Shown here piece by piece: positions 47,793-58,599 of a DNA stretch of 64,000 bases. The position numbers were made by a program, and so were the translations under genes. This DNA is from an uncultured Verrucomicrobiae bacterium. GTDB taxonomy: Bacteria > Verrucomicrobiota > Verrucomicrobiia > Chthoniobacterales > Chthoniobacteraceae. Each line of letters opens with the position of its first letter. Position 1 is the first letter of the stretch. The notes below the pieces were generated by a model, which searched no databases, was not told the origin of the DNA, and was given only the letters and a program-made list of their open reading frames with translations. The stretch is taken from the NCBI GenBank assembly GCA_963836755.1, contig CAWIKF010000001.1, positions 1-64,000 of the forward strand, written 5' to 3'.

Positions 47793-50700
47793 ATGAAAAA
47801 ATTTCTGCCCTTCATTGTCTTGTTGGTTCCCGTCGTCGCAAAGTCGGCAGCGTGGCAACCCGCTACCGCGCCGCTGATGACCAAATGGTCAAAGGACGTA
47901 TCGCCGGAAAAAACGTTGCCCGAATACCCGCGTCCGCAAATGGTTCGGGAGAGTTGGCTGAATCTCAACGGCCTCTGGGATTACGCTTTGACGCCAAAGG
48001 ATGCGACTGCCGCGCCGGAAAATTTCACCGGTAAAATCCTCGTTCCATTTCCATACGAATCTGCGCTGTCGGGCGTGGGCCAGCCGAGCGTGCCGGACCA
48101 ACGGCTCTGGTATCGTCGCACTTTTACCATTCCAAAAAGCTGGCAGGGCCAGCGCGTGCTGCTGCACTTTGGCGCGGTCAATTGGCAAAGCTCTGTCGCA
48201 GTCAATGGGCACCAGCTCGGCGAGCACAAGGGCGGGTATACTGCCTTCGATTACGACATTACCGACTCTCTCAAAGTAGGTGAAAATGAGCTGGTCGTCT
48301 CGGCTTCAAATCCGTTGAAAGTGGATGTGAAGGACGCACAGGTGACAGGAAAGCAGCGTCTGCACCCGCACGGAATCTTTTACACCGGTGCAACGGGAAT
48401 CTGGCAAACGGTCTGGCTGGAGCCGGTGCCAGCAGTGCACATCGCGGGCTTAAAAATCACTCCCGATGTGGACAACAACGCGGTCAAACTTTTGGTTCAA
48501 GCGGATGGAGATGCCGCGGTAAAAGTTACGGTCATTGATGCGGGAAAGGCCATCGCGACGATGGATGGAAAAGCGAATGCAGAACTAAATTTGCCAATTC
48601 AAAACCCGCATCTCTGGTCGCCGGACGATCCTCATCTTTATGATTTAAAAGTGTCGCTGAATGGCGGTGCGGATTCGGTGGAGAGCTATTTCGGGATGAG
48701 AAAAATTTCCGTCGCCAAGGATGCAAATGGAGTGAATCGCATTTTTCTAAATGGCAAATTCGTTTTTCAGCGCGGCGTGCTCGATCAAGGCTACTGGCCC
48801 GATGGCGTCTATACCGCGCCGACGGATGAAGCTTTGCGTTCCGATTTGGAAATGATCAGGAAGCTCGGCTTCAACCTCAGTCGAAAGCACGCGAAGGTTG
48901 AATCGGATCGCTGGTATTTCTGGGCCGACAAACTCGGCGTTCTTGTCTGGCAGGACATGCCGCAAATGTTTGGTGCGATCGATCCGAACAACAAGGCTGC
49001 TGGACAGCAGATCGACGATGCGACGAAGGAAGAATTTGCGAAGGAGTTGAAGTCGGAAATCGCGGAGTTTTATAACCATCCCTCGATCATCGTCTGGACG
49101 GATTTCAACGAAGGCTGGGGCCAGCACGACACGGAAAAAATCGCAGCGCTGACAAAGGAACTCGATCCCACGCGGCTCGTAAACAGCGCCAGCGGCTGGG
49201 TGGATAAAGGGGTCGGAGACATCCAGGACTCGCATCATTATCAGACGCCGTGGTGCAACAAGCCTTCGGGAAATCGCGCATCGGTCGGCGGCGAATTCGG
49301 CGGCATCGGCATGAGCGTGCCGGACCATTTGTGGTCGAAAAAATCGTGGGGTTATGAAGGAGTTTTGACGCGCCAATACGACCTCGACAAAAAGTATCAG
49401 GAGCTTTTGAAAGAAGCTTACAAGCTCCGCGACGGGCAGGGAATGAGCGCGTTTGTTTACACTCAGCTCACCGACGTGGAGCAGGAAATCAATGGGCTGA
49501 TGACTTATGACCGGAAGGTCGTGAAGCCCGATCTGCAAATAGCTTCCGAGGCGACGCGCGGAACTTTTCTTCCATTGCCATCAGATCTTTCGTCAACACT
49601 TCCGACGGTGAAAGTTGCTCCGAAGGTTTCTCGAAAAGTTGAACCGTTTTCGCTGGCCGACGTGCGCCTTTTGCCGGGACCGTTCCAGCACGCGCAGGAT
49701 CTCGATCGAGATTATTTGCTGTCACTGGAGCCAGACCGTTTTTTGCACAACTTTCGTCTCAACGCCGGGCTTGAGCCAAAGGCGCCGATCTACGGCGGCT
49801 GGGAAAGTCAGGGCGTGGCTGGGCATACGCTCGGGCATTATCTCTCCGCGCTTTCGATGATGTTTCAATCAACCGCCGATCAGCGCCTGAAAGCAAAGCT
49901 CGATTATTGCGTGGATGAGCTCGCGCTTTGCCAGGCGAAAAGTCCCGACGGCTACGTCTCCGCGATCCCGAATGGCCGCGCGATGTTTGATGGCGTCAAA
50001 GACGGCGACCCGAAAGCGACGCAGCGCGGTTGGGTGCCGTGGTATACGATGCACAAACTTTTCGCCGGCCTGCGCGACGCGTATTTGCTCACCGGCAACG
50101 AAAAGGCGAAGGACGTTCTCATCAAGCTTTCCGATTGGGCACTGGCCACCACGAAAAATCTCACTCCCGGCCAATGGGACGTCATGCTTTGGCAGGAACA
50201 AGGCGGCATGAATGAAGCGCTAGCGGATGTTTATTCCATCACCGGCGACGCGAAATACCTCGAGCTCGCGCGCAAATTTTCCATGCGCCCGCTGCTAAAT
50301 GCGATGAGCGAGGGTCGCGACATCCTCGACGGCTGGCACGCCAACACGCAAATCCCGAAAGTGATCGGCTTCGAGCGCATCTATGAATTGACCGACGATC
50401 CGAAGTATCGCGAAGCCGCGCGCTTTTTCTGGAACACCGTCGTCGACAACCGCACCTATGTGACCGGCGGCAATTCGGATCACGAACACTTTTTCAATCC
50501 CGCCAGAACGAGCGAGCATCTCTCCGCGGAGACGGCTGAAAATTGCAACATTTACAACATGCTCAAGCTCACGCGCGATCTCTACGAGGTCGCGCCGGAC
50601 GAGACGCTCGTGGCGTATTATGAGCGCGCGCTCTTCAACCAAATCCTCAGCTCGCAGGATCCGGTGAAAGGCGGCTTCAACTATTTGAATTCGCTCAATC

Positions 50701-51950
50701 CCGGCGGCTTCAAAGTTTACTCCAATCCGACGACCGCGTTTTGGTGCTGCGTCGGCACCGGCATGGAAAATCACGCGAGATACGGCAACTCGATTTACTT
50801 CCACAACGCCGACGCGCTTTTCGTGAACCTCTTCATCGCCTCGCAACTGAAGTGGGCGGAGAAAGGCGTCACGCTCACACAGAAGACGCGTTTTCCGGAT
50901 GACGACGTCAGCGAGTTTACCGTCGGAATTGATAAGCCGACAAAGTTTTTGCTCAAGCTGCGCCAGCCGAACTGGACGAAAAATCCGACGCTCATCGTCA
51001 ATGGCGAACCGCAAAAAGTTACCAGCCAGCCCGGCGGCTACGAGACCATCGAGCGCGAATGGAAAAGCGGCGACGTCGTTTCATGGCGCCTGCCGATGAG
51101 TCTTCACGCCGAGGCGTTGCATAACGATCCTGCGCATCAGGCGATTCTCTTCGGACCCATCGTTATGTCCGGAGCGATGGGCCGCGAAGGCATGGACAAA
51201 ATTTCCGATTACGTGGACGAGCAGACGAAATACTCAAACTTTCCCGCGCCTGAGATGCCCGCCTTTGTCTCCGATGCCGACTCGTTAAAGTTCGACGCAT
51301 GGAGTCAATATTTCACCCGCGTGGCCGGCCCCAGCCTCGCCTTCACAGTGCATGGGCTCGCGCAGATGACTTCCGGCGAGCAAGTGGAAGTGAAGCTCAT
51401 TCCGTTTTTCCGCGCGCAACACATGCGCTACAACGTTTATTGGAAAGTTTACACACCGCAGCAATGGGCGGACGTGCGTGCGAAAGTTGCCGCCGAGCAG
51501 GCGCACGAGCGCGAGATCGCCGCGCGCACAATCGACGAGTTTCGTCCGAACGAGCAGCAATCTGAAGCCGATCACAAACTCCACGGCGACCATTCGCGCT
51601 CCGGAATGGCTTCCGGCAAAAACTGGCGCGACGCGTTTGACGGCGGCTACTTCGCATTCGATTTGAAAGTCACTCCAGACGCGCCGAACGAGCTCGCCGT
51701 GACTTACTGGGGCGCCGAATCGGGAAATCGAATTTTTGACATCGTCGTCGACGCTCAAAAAATCGCGACAGAAACGCTCCTCGGCAAAAATGGTCAACGA
51801 TTTTTTGATGTCAATTACGCCGTGCCAGCGGAGCTGACGAAAGGAAAGTCGACGGTCGAAGTGCGTTTCCAGGCGCATCCCGGAGCGATGGCGGGCGGAG
51901 CTTTTGGGGTCCGCATGCTGCGATCTGAGCCGACAGTCTCCAAACGCTAA
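47793..51950 (+). CDS. GH2 plus GH127/GH146 (beta-L-arabinofuranosidase-like) fusion
   Basis: EYPRPQ, LDQGYWPDG, RKHAK, FNEGWG in the N-half; YGGWE..GHTLGHYLSA, HANTQIPK, ENCNIYNMLK, WCCVGTG in the C-half. Confidence 0.88.
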   Translation: MKKFLPFIVLLVPVVAKSAAWQPATAPLMTKWSKDVSPEKTLPEYPRPQMVRESWLNLNGLWDYALTPKDATAAPENFTGKILVPFPYESALSGVGQPSVPDQRLWYRRTFTIPKSWQGQRVLLHFGAVNWQSSVAVNGHQLGEHKGGYTAFDYDITDSLKVGENELVVSASNPLKVDVKDAQVTGKQRLHPHGIFYTGATGIWQTVWLEPVPAVHIAGLKITPDVDNNAVKLLVQADGDAAVKVTVIDAGKAIATMDGKANAELNLPIQNPHLWSPDDPHLYDLKVSLNGGADSVESYFGMRKISVAKDANGVNRIFLNGKFVFQRGVLDQGYWPDGVYTAPTDEALRSDLEMIRKLGFNLSRKHAKVESDRWYFWADKLGVLVWQDMPQMFGAIDPNNKAAGQQIDDATKEEFAKELKSEIAEFYNHPSIIVWTDFNEGWGQHDTEKIAALTKELDPTRLVNSASGWVDKGVGDIQDSHHYQTPWCNKPSGNRASVGGEFGGIGMSVPDHLWSKKSWGYEGVLTRQYDLDKKYQELLKEAYKLRDGQGMSAFVYTQLTDVEQEINGLMTYDRKVVKPDLQIASEATRGTFLPLPSDLSSTLPTVKVAPKVSRKVEPFSLADVRLLPGPFQHAQDLDRDYLLSLEPDRFLHNFRLNAGLEPKAPIYGGWESQGVAGHTLGHYLSALSMMFQSTADQRLKAKLDYCVDELALCQAKSPDGYVSAIPNGRAMFDGVKDGDPKATQRGWVPWYTMHKLFAGLRDAYLLTGNEKAKDVLIKLSDWALATTKNLTPGQWDVMLWQEQGGMNEALADVYSITGDAKYLELARKFSMRPLLNAMSEGRDILDGWHANTQIPKVIGFERIYELTDDPKYREAARFFWNTVVDNRTYVTGGNSDHEHFFNPARTSEHLSAETAENCNIYNMLKLTRDLYEVAPDETLVAYYERALFNQILSSQDPVKGGFNYLNSLNPGGFKVYSNPTTAFWCCVGTGMENHARYGNSIYFHNADALFVNLFIASQLKWAEKGVTLTQKTRFPDDDVSEFTVGIDKPTKFLLKLRQPNWTKNPTLIVNGEPQKVTSQPGGYETIEREWKSGDVVSWRLPMSLHAEALHNDPAHQAILFGPIVMSGAMGREGMDKISDYVDEQTKYSNFPAPEMPAFVSDADSLKFDAWSQYFTRVAGPSLAFTVHGLAQMTSGEQVEVKLIPFFRAQHMRYNVYWKVYTPQQWADVRAKVAAEQAHEREIAARTIDEFRPNEQQSEADHKLHGDHSRSGMASGKNWRDAFDGGYFAFDLKVTPDAPNELAVTYWGAESGNRIFDIVVDAQKIATETLLGKNGQRFFDVNYAVPAELTKGKSTVEVRFQAHPGAMAGGAFGVRMLRSEPTVSKR

Positions 51951-52189
51951 TCGTCGCATGGTGAAAAGTTGGTGCGCCGAAGCAGGCACGCCCGCGCGAA
52001 GAGCTCCATGACAGATGCCTCTCCAACTTTTCCATGAACAGTCGCCGCGAATGAAATTTCTCGACCCGTGCTCGAAGCCGAAAATGTCACACTCCCTGCG
52101 TGCGGAGCCGCTCCCACGCGGCGCCGCGCCCGCTTCCAAAGTTTTTCGTGAAGCCGCTGCCCGGTGAATTAGTCTCCAGCGGGGCAACC

Positions 52190-55120
52190 ATGACTTCTTC
52201 GTCAAAACCTTCGCGCTCACGGCTGCGGCCAGTGCATATTTTCGTCTTCGCGATCCTGCTTTTCGCTGCCGCAATCTGCTATCCGCGATCCTTTCGGTTT
52301 TGCGTGGGCGAGCTGCTGAAACTCGAGGCGCACCGCCGCGGCTGGCAGGTCCAGATCGGAAAAATGCGCGGCAGCCTGACGACGCCCCTCGAGTTCGAAG
52401 ACGTTCATCTCGAAAGGAAAAGCGAATCCGGCAGGAGCGCACAGCTCACCGCCGAGAAGATCGGCGCGACATTCTTCTGGAAAAATTTGCTCTGGAAACA
52501 CAGCGAAAACTTTTGGCAGGAACTGCGCATCGAGAGACTCACTGGCAGTGTCGAAATCCCCGAGGCACTGCCGCCGAATCCGAAAAGAACCGAAAGCAAA
52601 TCCGAAGCGAAGCCCGCGCGTTTTGCTTTGCCCGATGCGCTGGAGATGCGCGACTCGTCAATCGTCGTCCGTCAAAACGGCGACTTTATCCGGTTCGACC
52701 ATGTCGATTTTCACGCGAGCAATGTCGAAACCGGAGCGATTCACATCGATGCGCTCGCGGTGCGGCAGCCGTGGCTGACGACGAAGTTTCAGGACCTGCG
52801 CGGCACGATCGCGTTGCAGAATTCCCGGCTCGTCCTTGCTGGGATCACGCTTGAGGATTCGCTGCTGATTCAGAACGCATCGGCCGATCTGCCGGAGCTG
52901 CTGCATGGACGGTTGAAAATGGATTTCGCCCTCGCGGCCTTTAATGGAGCGGTTCGCGGAGAACTGCGCAGCGCCTCGCGCGACCAGCACGTGAACTTTG
53001 AAGGCAGCGGAACTTTTTCCCAAATTTCCATCGCCAAGCTCGCTGCTTTTTTAAATCGCGATGCCGACGGCGTCATCAAGGAAGGAAAATTCACGTTCCA
53101 CGGCTCGCCGCGAAATCTCGCGAAGGCGACATTTTCCACACGTTTCGAAGCGACCGATTTTCGATGGGGCACACGCAAATGGAACTCGCTCGTTCTCGGC
53201 GCCACGCTCGTGAATCACCGGCTCATGATTCCGGAATTCCAGCTCCAGCAGGCACACAATTCTCTCTCGCTCAAAGGCGAAATGCCGGTGCCGAATGATC
53301 GGCCCGACTGGTGGCAGGACGACTTTAATTTCAACATTGACGCGAAAATTGGGAATCTCGCCGAGCTCGCGGCGCTGCTCCCGCGCGGGTTTTCACCAAT
53401 GTCGGGCAAGGCGACGATCGATGGCGCGGTGAGTGGGAAAAAACTTTCCTTTAACGGTCAGTTAACTGTCACGGGTGCCGAACTTTCCTACGGCGCGGTG
53501 CCCATCGACAAACTGCACGCCGAGCTGAAGCTCAACGGAAACGAAGTGCAGCTCACCAGCGCGGAGTTCATCCACGGCGGCGATTTTTTGCGCGGCCACG
53601 GCGTCGTAAACATCCTCGGCGAAAAGCGCTACTGGGGCGAGATGAAGGCGTCGATCGCGGATCTCTCGCTTTATTCCGCGCTCATGCCGTGGGCGCTGCA
53701 AGGCGGGCTTGCGCTCGATTGGTCCGGCGACGGAGTAGCCGCTGCGCATTCGGGCGCGTTCAATGCGCAGTTCAAAAAACTCTCGCGCATCGGCATCGCC
53801 GGTTCGCTTCCGCTTAACCTCGACGCAGAGGGGACCTATTCGCCCGCGAGCATTTTCCTTAGCAAATTTTCGCTCTCAAACAATGAAACGAACCTTGCGG
53901 CAAAAGTCGTCGCCAACCCGCAAACGCTGTCGCTGCAAGGGCTGCGGGTTATTCACAAACAGGAAACGTGGTTTCAGGGCGACGCGCAGTTGCCGTTGAA
54001 CATTTGGCTCGCATGGCAAAATGCGACGAGTGCGAGCTGGTGGAACTTTGCAGCGCCATTCAAAATAAATCTCAGCGCGCAAAATCTTTCGCTCCACGAA
54101 TTGTTGACGCTGACGGGGAGCGATCAGCCCGTGCACGGGCAGGTGAGCGGCAGTTTCACGACCGATGGGCAGCTCGCAAAACTCGACATGGGAGGCGAAT
54201 TGCAATTGCGCAAAATTGACGCCGATATTGCGCCCGTGCAGATCAACGGGGCGGATGCGGATCTTGCATTTCAAGGCGCTACAGTCGTCGTCAAAACTTT
54301 GAGCGCGTCGGTGGACCGCTTGAGTTTTACCACCAAAGGTTTGGTGACGCTCAGCGATGTGCGCACGCCGCAGCTCGCGCTCGCGCTGCATCTTCCGATG
54401 TTCCCGTTGATCTTCAGCCCCGAGTTTCACGCCGAGACGGAGCAGGATTTGGAAATCGACGGAGCGCCCGAAACGGCGCGCGTCAGCGGCAGCGTTCGCA
54501 TCAAGTCGCTCAGTCCGGTTCCACGCACTCTCAACGTTGCATCGCTCTTGAATCCTGACGGCATCGCGCTCGACAAGCCGCTGACGCCATTTTCGTTCGT
54601 GCAAATTCCATTTAAAAAATGGCAGCTGGATTGCAACGTCACCGGGTCGGCACCGCTTCAGCTCGTCAACACCAACGGCATCGTTACGCCGGAGATTCAT
54701 GTTGTTGGCTCGCCTGCCGCGCCGGAAATTCGCGGCCGCGTTGACGTCTCGAAACTTGCAGCGACGTCCGGTGCGACAAAACTCAGGATTGATTCTGGCT
54801 CAGTTTTTTTCGGCGAAGCAGAGCCGCTCCTCGCCTTGAATGTGAATGGCGTTCGCGGCGGCATCGGATTCGACGGATGGATTTTCGGACCGTTGCGAAA
54901 CAAGCGGTATGTCTGGCAATCGAGCAGCGAGGCGGACCCGACCGTCCTCGACGAAACGATCACGCCCGAACCGGCTGCGGCAAAGTTTCGTTCATCGTTT
55001 TCCGCCGCTCCGTTTTCCCTCGCGATCACACGCAGCGCGCGGCAAACCTTGACGCCATCAGCCTCGCCGGGCACTGACGTTCCAATGGTCTGGCCTCCGC
55101 AAACCGCGCCCGCACAATGA
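52190..55120 (+). CDS. AsmA/TamB-like envelope protein
   Basis: N-terminal TM anchor and a long run of amphipathic beta strands; family call is tentative. Confidence 0.6.
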   Translation: MTSSSKPSRSRLRPVHIFVFAILLFAAAICYPRSFRFCVGELLKLEAHRRGWQVQIGKMRGSLTTPLEFEDVHLERKSESGRSAQLTAEKIGATFFWKNLLWKHSENFWQELRIERLTGSVEIPEALPPNPKRTESKSEAKPARFALPDALEMRDSSIVVRQNGDFIRFDHVDFHASNVETGAIHIDALAVRQPWLTTKFQDLRGTIALQNSRLVLAGITLEDSLLIQNASADLPELLHGRLKMDFALAAFNGAVRGELRSASRDQHVNFEGSGTFSQISIAKLAAFLNRDADGVIKEGKFTFHGSPRNLAKATFSTRFEATDFRWGTRKWNSLVLGATLVNHRLMIPEFQLQQAHNSLSLKGEMPVPNDRPDWWQDDFNFNIDAKIGNLAELAALLPRGFSPMSGKATIDGAVSGKKLSFNGQLTVTGAELSYGAVPIDKLHAELKLNGNEVQLTSAEFIHGGDFLRGHGVVNILGEKRYWGEMKASIADLSLYSALMPWALQGGLALDWSGDGVAAAHSGAFNAQFKKLSRIGIAGSLPLNLDAEGTYSPASIFLSKFSLSNNETNLAAKVVANPQTLSLQGLRVIHKQETWFQGDAQLPLNIWLAWQNATSASWWNFAAPFKINLSAQNLSLHELLTLTGSDQPVHGQVSGSFTTDGQLAKLDMGGELQLRKIDADIAPVQINGADADLAFQGATVVVKTLSASVDRLSFTTKGLVTLSDVRTPQLALALHLPMFPLIFSPEFHAETEQDLEIDGAPETARVSGSVRIKSLSPVPRTLNVASLLNPDGIALDKPLTPFSFVQIPFKKWQLDCNVTGSAPLQLVNTNGIVTPEIHVVGSPAAPEIRGRVDVSKLAATSGATKLRIDSGSVFFGEAEPLLALNVNGVRGGIGFDGWIFGPLRNKRYVWQSSSEADPTVLDETITPEPAAAKFRSSFSAAPFSLAITRSARQTLTPSASPGTDVPMVWPPQTAPAQ

Positions 55121-56253
55121 ATCATCCCCGGCGTGGATTGTTCATCGGGCGATTTTTTGGGATCCGATTTTACCTCGATTACAGCTGGTTTCTCATCGCC
55201 GCAATCGTGGTTTACACGCTCGCGACGAAATATTTTCCACTGGTTTTGCCCGATCGCGAAAGCGGCATTTATCTTTTGATGGGCGTCTTCGCTGCGGGAT
55301 TGTTTTTTCTCAGCATCATCCTGCACGAACTTGGGCACAGCATTGTGAGTCAGCGATGCGGGATTCCGGTGCCGCGCATCACGCTGCTCTTCATCGGCGG
55401 CATCGCTCAAATTTCACGCGAACCCGACGATGCAAAGTCCGAGCTGAAGATCGCGCTTGCGGGTCCGGTCGTCAGTGCTGGGCTGGCGATTGTTTATGAA
55501 ATGTTTGCGCTGATTTTTTCGCGAGTTGGTTTCTCGGAATGCGCGCTGATTTTCAGCTGGCTCGCGTCGGTGAACCTCGCGCTCATCATCTTCAATTCGA
55601 TTCCTGGCTACCCGCTCGACGGGGGGCGCGTGCTCCGCTCGCTTATTTGGGCGAAGACCAAAAACCTCCGCCGCGCCACCTACATCACCACGCGCATCGG
55701 CGTCGGGTTCAGCTGGGTGCTGATGCTGCTCGGAGTGTTCGCGTTGTTCAATCGCGAGTGGAACGCGCTTGTGCTTTTCATCATCGGCATTTTTTTAAAA
55801 ACCGCGGCCGAGAGCGGTTACCAGCAGGTGCTTTATCACGAAATCCTCGGCGGCGTGCTCGTGCGCGACATCATGACGGCGCAGCCGATCTGCATCCCCG
55901 AAATGCTGCCGCTCAACCTAGTCGTCGACGACTTTTTCCTCGCGAAACATCACACTGCTTTTCCTGTCCGCGACGACGTCGGCGGATTCCGCGGTCTGCT
56001 GCGGATCGAGCATTTAAAGGCATTGCCGCGGGAAAAATGGCCATTCACCAGCGCGGGAGACATTGCGGCGGGCAACGGCTCAGCCGCTGAGCTGAGCATC
56101 GCGGCTGATGAATCAGCGACGCGCGCGGTCCGGCGTTTGCTCGCGGGCGGCGAGGGACGGCTCGCGGTGCTCGATGGCGGCAAAGTTGCGGGGATCATCA
56201 CGCGTCACGACGTTTTGAGTTTCATCAAAATCCACACCGAGCTGGAAAATTAG
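55117..56253 (+). CDS. Site-2 protease (M50) with CBS domains
   Basis: HELGH, IALAGP, FNSIPGYPLDGGR; C-terminal VRDIMT and GIITRHD. Confidence 0.93.
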   Translation: MNHPRRGLFIGRFFGIRFYLDYSWFLIAAIVVYTLATKYFPLVLPDRESGIYLLMGVFAAGLFFLSIILHELGHSIVSQRCGIPVPRITLLFIGGIAQISREPDDAKSELKIALAGPVVSAGLAIVYEMFALIFSRVGFSECALIFSWLASVNLALIIFNSIPGYPLDGGRVLRSLIWAKTKNLRRATYITTRIGVGFSWVLMLLGVFALFNREWNALVLFIIGIFLKTAAESGYQQVLYHEILGGVLVRDIMTAQPICIPEMLPLNLVVDDFFLAKHHTAFPVRDDVGGFRGLLRIEHLKALPREKWPFTSAGDIAAGNGSAAELSIAADESATRAVRRLLAGGEGRLAVLDGGKVAGIITRHDVLSFIKIHTELEN

Positions 56254-56858
56254 CGGACGAAATCAATCCAGCCGAAACGCCGCGGAATGTGGAAAAGCGG
56301 CCGGCCCGTGGGCGACCACGCGCTGAGCTCGCGGGCAGAATTTTCCGGTCGATCAATGCGGTAAAAGTTCGCGCGCCATTGCTGCGTCCCCGGCAAATCC
56401 GGGCCGAGACTTCCAAATGGAATCGCAATCTCCACCTCCCAAAACTCCGGCTGCAAATCGACCGAGGTCCGCAGCCCCTCGCAATTCCACGCGAAAGATT
56501 TTCGGTAGCCGTTTTGATTGCGGCGCAGCACCAGATCGCAGACGGCGTTGCGCGGATTGACCTCGATTTCAAAATAGCTTTCAAGATCGCCCACCGGATC
56601 GAGAAAAACTTCCACGATCTCTTCCTCGTAAAGTGGCGCATCCCGCTTCGTCATCGTGGCCCACGCATTTGTGTCGCGGCAGCTAAATAAAACGAAAAGC
56701 TCCTGCTCAGTCCACGCAAGCTTGAGCGAGGTTTGCTGCGACGGCTCGCCGCCGTGCACCGCCTCTTTCAGGAAAACCGCCGGAATCCTCTCCCAATCAG
56801 GCTTCCCGGCAAAAAGACCGCACTCGATTCGCGGCTCTTTTTCCTCTATTGCCGACAC
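56250..56858 (-). CDS. Carbohydrate-binding family 9-like protein
   Basis: LYEEEIVEVFLDP, YFEIEVNP, WEVEIAIPF, WRANFYRID, WSPT..FHIP. Confidence 0.8.
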   Translation of the reverse strand: MSAIEEKEPRIECGLFAGKPDWERIPAVFLKEAVHGGEPSQQTSLKLAWTEQELFVLFSCRDTNAWATMTKRDAPLYEEEIVEVFLDPVGDLESYFEIEVNPRNAVCDLVLRRNQNGYRKSFAWNCEGLRTSVDLQPEFWEVEIAIPFGSLGPDLPGTQQWRANFYRIDRPENSARELSAWSPTGRPLFHIPRRFGWIDFVR

Positions 56859-56859
56859 G

Positions 56860-57372
56860 CTACTGCGGCGGTTGCAGCGTGAAAATCTTCGCGATGGCCG
56901 CCCCGAATACTAAAATTGCCACGCCCGAAAATGCGAGGATGGCGCGGCCTTTCGGATCCTTTTTTTTCTTCTTCGTCTTGAAGGGAGACGCGTTTGTGAA
57001 GTCGCTTGGACGATGGCTCGACTCGGCCGGCTTGGTATGATGATCGCCGTCCTCCTCCTCGGGCATCGGATGTGCCTCGCTCGCGACCTCCGATGCATAC
57101 ACAGCCGCGATTTTTCCAAAGCGCACGCGGTCGCCGTCGTGGAGCAAAGCGCCATCGACCGAGCGGTCGTTCACGCGCGTGCCGTTGGTCGAGTTCAAAT
57201 CCTTCAGATGATAATCGCCGCCAGTCAGCAGCAGTTGCGCGTGATGGCTCGAGACCGACGCGTCGTCGATGTGAATCATGTTATCGCCAGTCCGCCCGAC
57301 CGTGATCTGGTCTTCGCCCAGCTCGTGCGTGACTTCCTGGCCATCGGGCATGGTGATGATGAGCTTCGGCAT
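56860..57372 (-). CDS. FHA domain protein with C-terminal TM helix
   Basis: VGR, SVSSHHA, DLNSTNGT, GDRVRFG. Confidence 0.9.
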   Translation of the reverse strand: MPKLIITMPDGQEVTHELGEDQITVGRTGDNMIHIDDASVSSHHAQLLLTGGDYHLKDLNSTNGTRVNDRSVDGALLHDGDRVRFGKIAAVYASEVASEAHPMPEEEDGDHHTKPAESSHRPSDFTNASPFKTKKKKKDPKGRAILAFSGVAILVFGAAIAKIFTLQPPQ

Positions 57373-57384
57373 GCTTTTAAAATA

Positions 57385-58560
57385 TCAGCGCGCCTGCGTC
57401 TCCTCAATCAATTTACGGAACTCGCCGAAAAAGTAGTGCGCGTCGTGCGGGCCGGGCGCGGCCTCGGGATGATATTGCACGCTGAAAACCGGATGCTCGC
57501 GATGCCGCATTCCCTCGACCGTCCCGTCGTTGAGATTGATGTGCGACACCTCCACATTCGCCGGCAGCGAATCGGGATCGACCGCGAACCCGTGATTCTG
57601 CGCAGTGATCGCGACCTGTCCCGTTTTCAAATCCTGCACCGGCTGGTTGCCGCCGTGATGGCCGAACTTCAGCTTGAAAGTTTTTCCGCCAAACGCGTAG
57701 CCGAGGATTTGATGGCCGAGACAAATGCCGAAAATCGGCGTCCGCCCGATCAGCTCGCGCAAAGTTGCATGCGCGTAGCCGAGCGCCGCCGGATCGCCCG
57801 GGCCATTCGACAAAAACACGCCGTCGGGTTTCATCGCCAGCACATCGCTAGCGGATGTTTTCGCCGGCACCACGCGCACCTTGAATCCCTGCTGCCGCAG
57901 ATTGCGCAAAATGTTGTGCTTGATGCCGAAATCATACGCGACGATCTCGTGCGTAACCGGCGGCAACTTTTCAAAACTTTCGCCGTTGTCGCCGATCTCG
58001 ATTTTCGAGCTGTCGCCTTTGACGATCGTCCAATTGCGCGAAAGTTTGTCCTCCGGGTCCCAATCATAAGCCGCGCTCGCCGTCACCTCGCCGACGAAAT
58101 CCATGCCGACCATCCCCTCGCCTTGCCGCGCGCGGGCGACAGCTTCGTCCGGCGAAATGTCGTCAGTTGTCAAACACGCTTTCATCGCTCCCTTCTCGCG
58201 CAAATGCCGCGTGAGCGCGCGCGTGTCCACGCCCTGAATGCCGGCGACGTTCCACTTTTTAAAATAATCATCGAGCGACATCTGCGAGCGCCAATTGCTC
58301 GGGATCGCGCTCAGCTCCTCGATTACAAACCCTCGCACATGCGGCGCGGCGCTCTCGGCGTCGAGCGCATTCACGCCGTAATTTCCGATCAGCGGATACG
58401 TCATCGCCACGATCTGGCCGCGATACGACGGATCGGTGAGCACCTCCTGATAACCCGTCATCGAAGTGTTAAACACCATCTCGCCGAGCGCTGTGCCGGC
58501 TGTGCCAAAGGATTCGCCGGTAAAAGTGCGGCCGTCTTCGAGTGCTAAAATCGCGCGCAT
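57385..58560 (-). CDS. carA: Carbamoyl-phosphate synthase small subunit
   Basis: [40 protein letters not shown]. Confidence 0.97.
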   Translation of the reverse strand: MRAILALEDGRTFTGESFGTAGTALGEMVFNTSMTGYQEVLTDPSYRGQIVAMTYPLIGNYGVNALDAESAAPHVRGFVIEELSAIPSNWRSQMSLDDYFKKWNVAGIQGVDTRALTRHLREKGAMKACLTTDDISPDEAVARARQGEGMVGMDFVGEVTASAAYDWDPEDKLSRNWTIVKGDSSKIEIGDNGESFEKLPPVTHEIVAYDFGIKHNILRNLRQQGFKVRVVPAKTSASDVLAMKPDGVFLSNGPGDPAALGYAHATLRELIGRTPIFGICLGHQILGYAFGGKTFKLKFGHHGGNQPVQDLKTGQVAITAQNHGFAVDPDSLPANVEVSHINLNDGTVEGMRHREHPVFSVQYHPEAAPGPHDAHYFFGEFRKLIEETQAR

Positions 58561-58599
58561 GGCGACGCCCACTTTCGCGAGCGCGCGTTCGTTTTCAAA

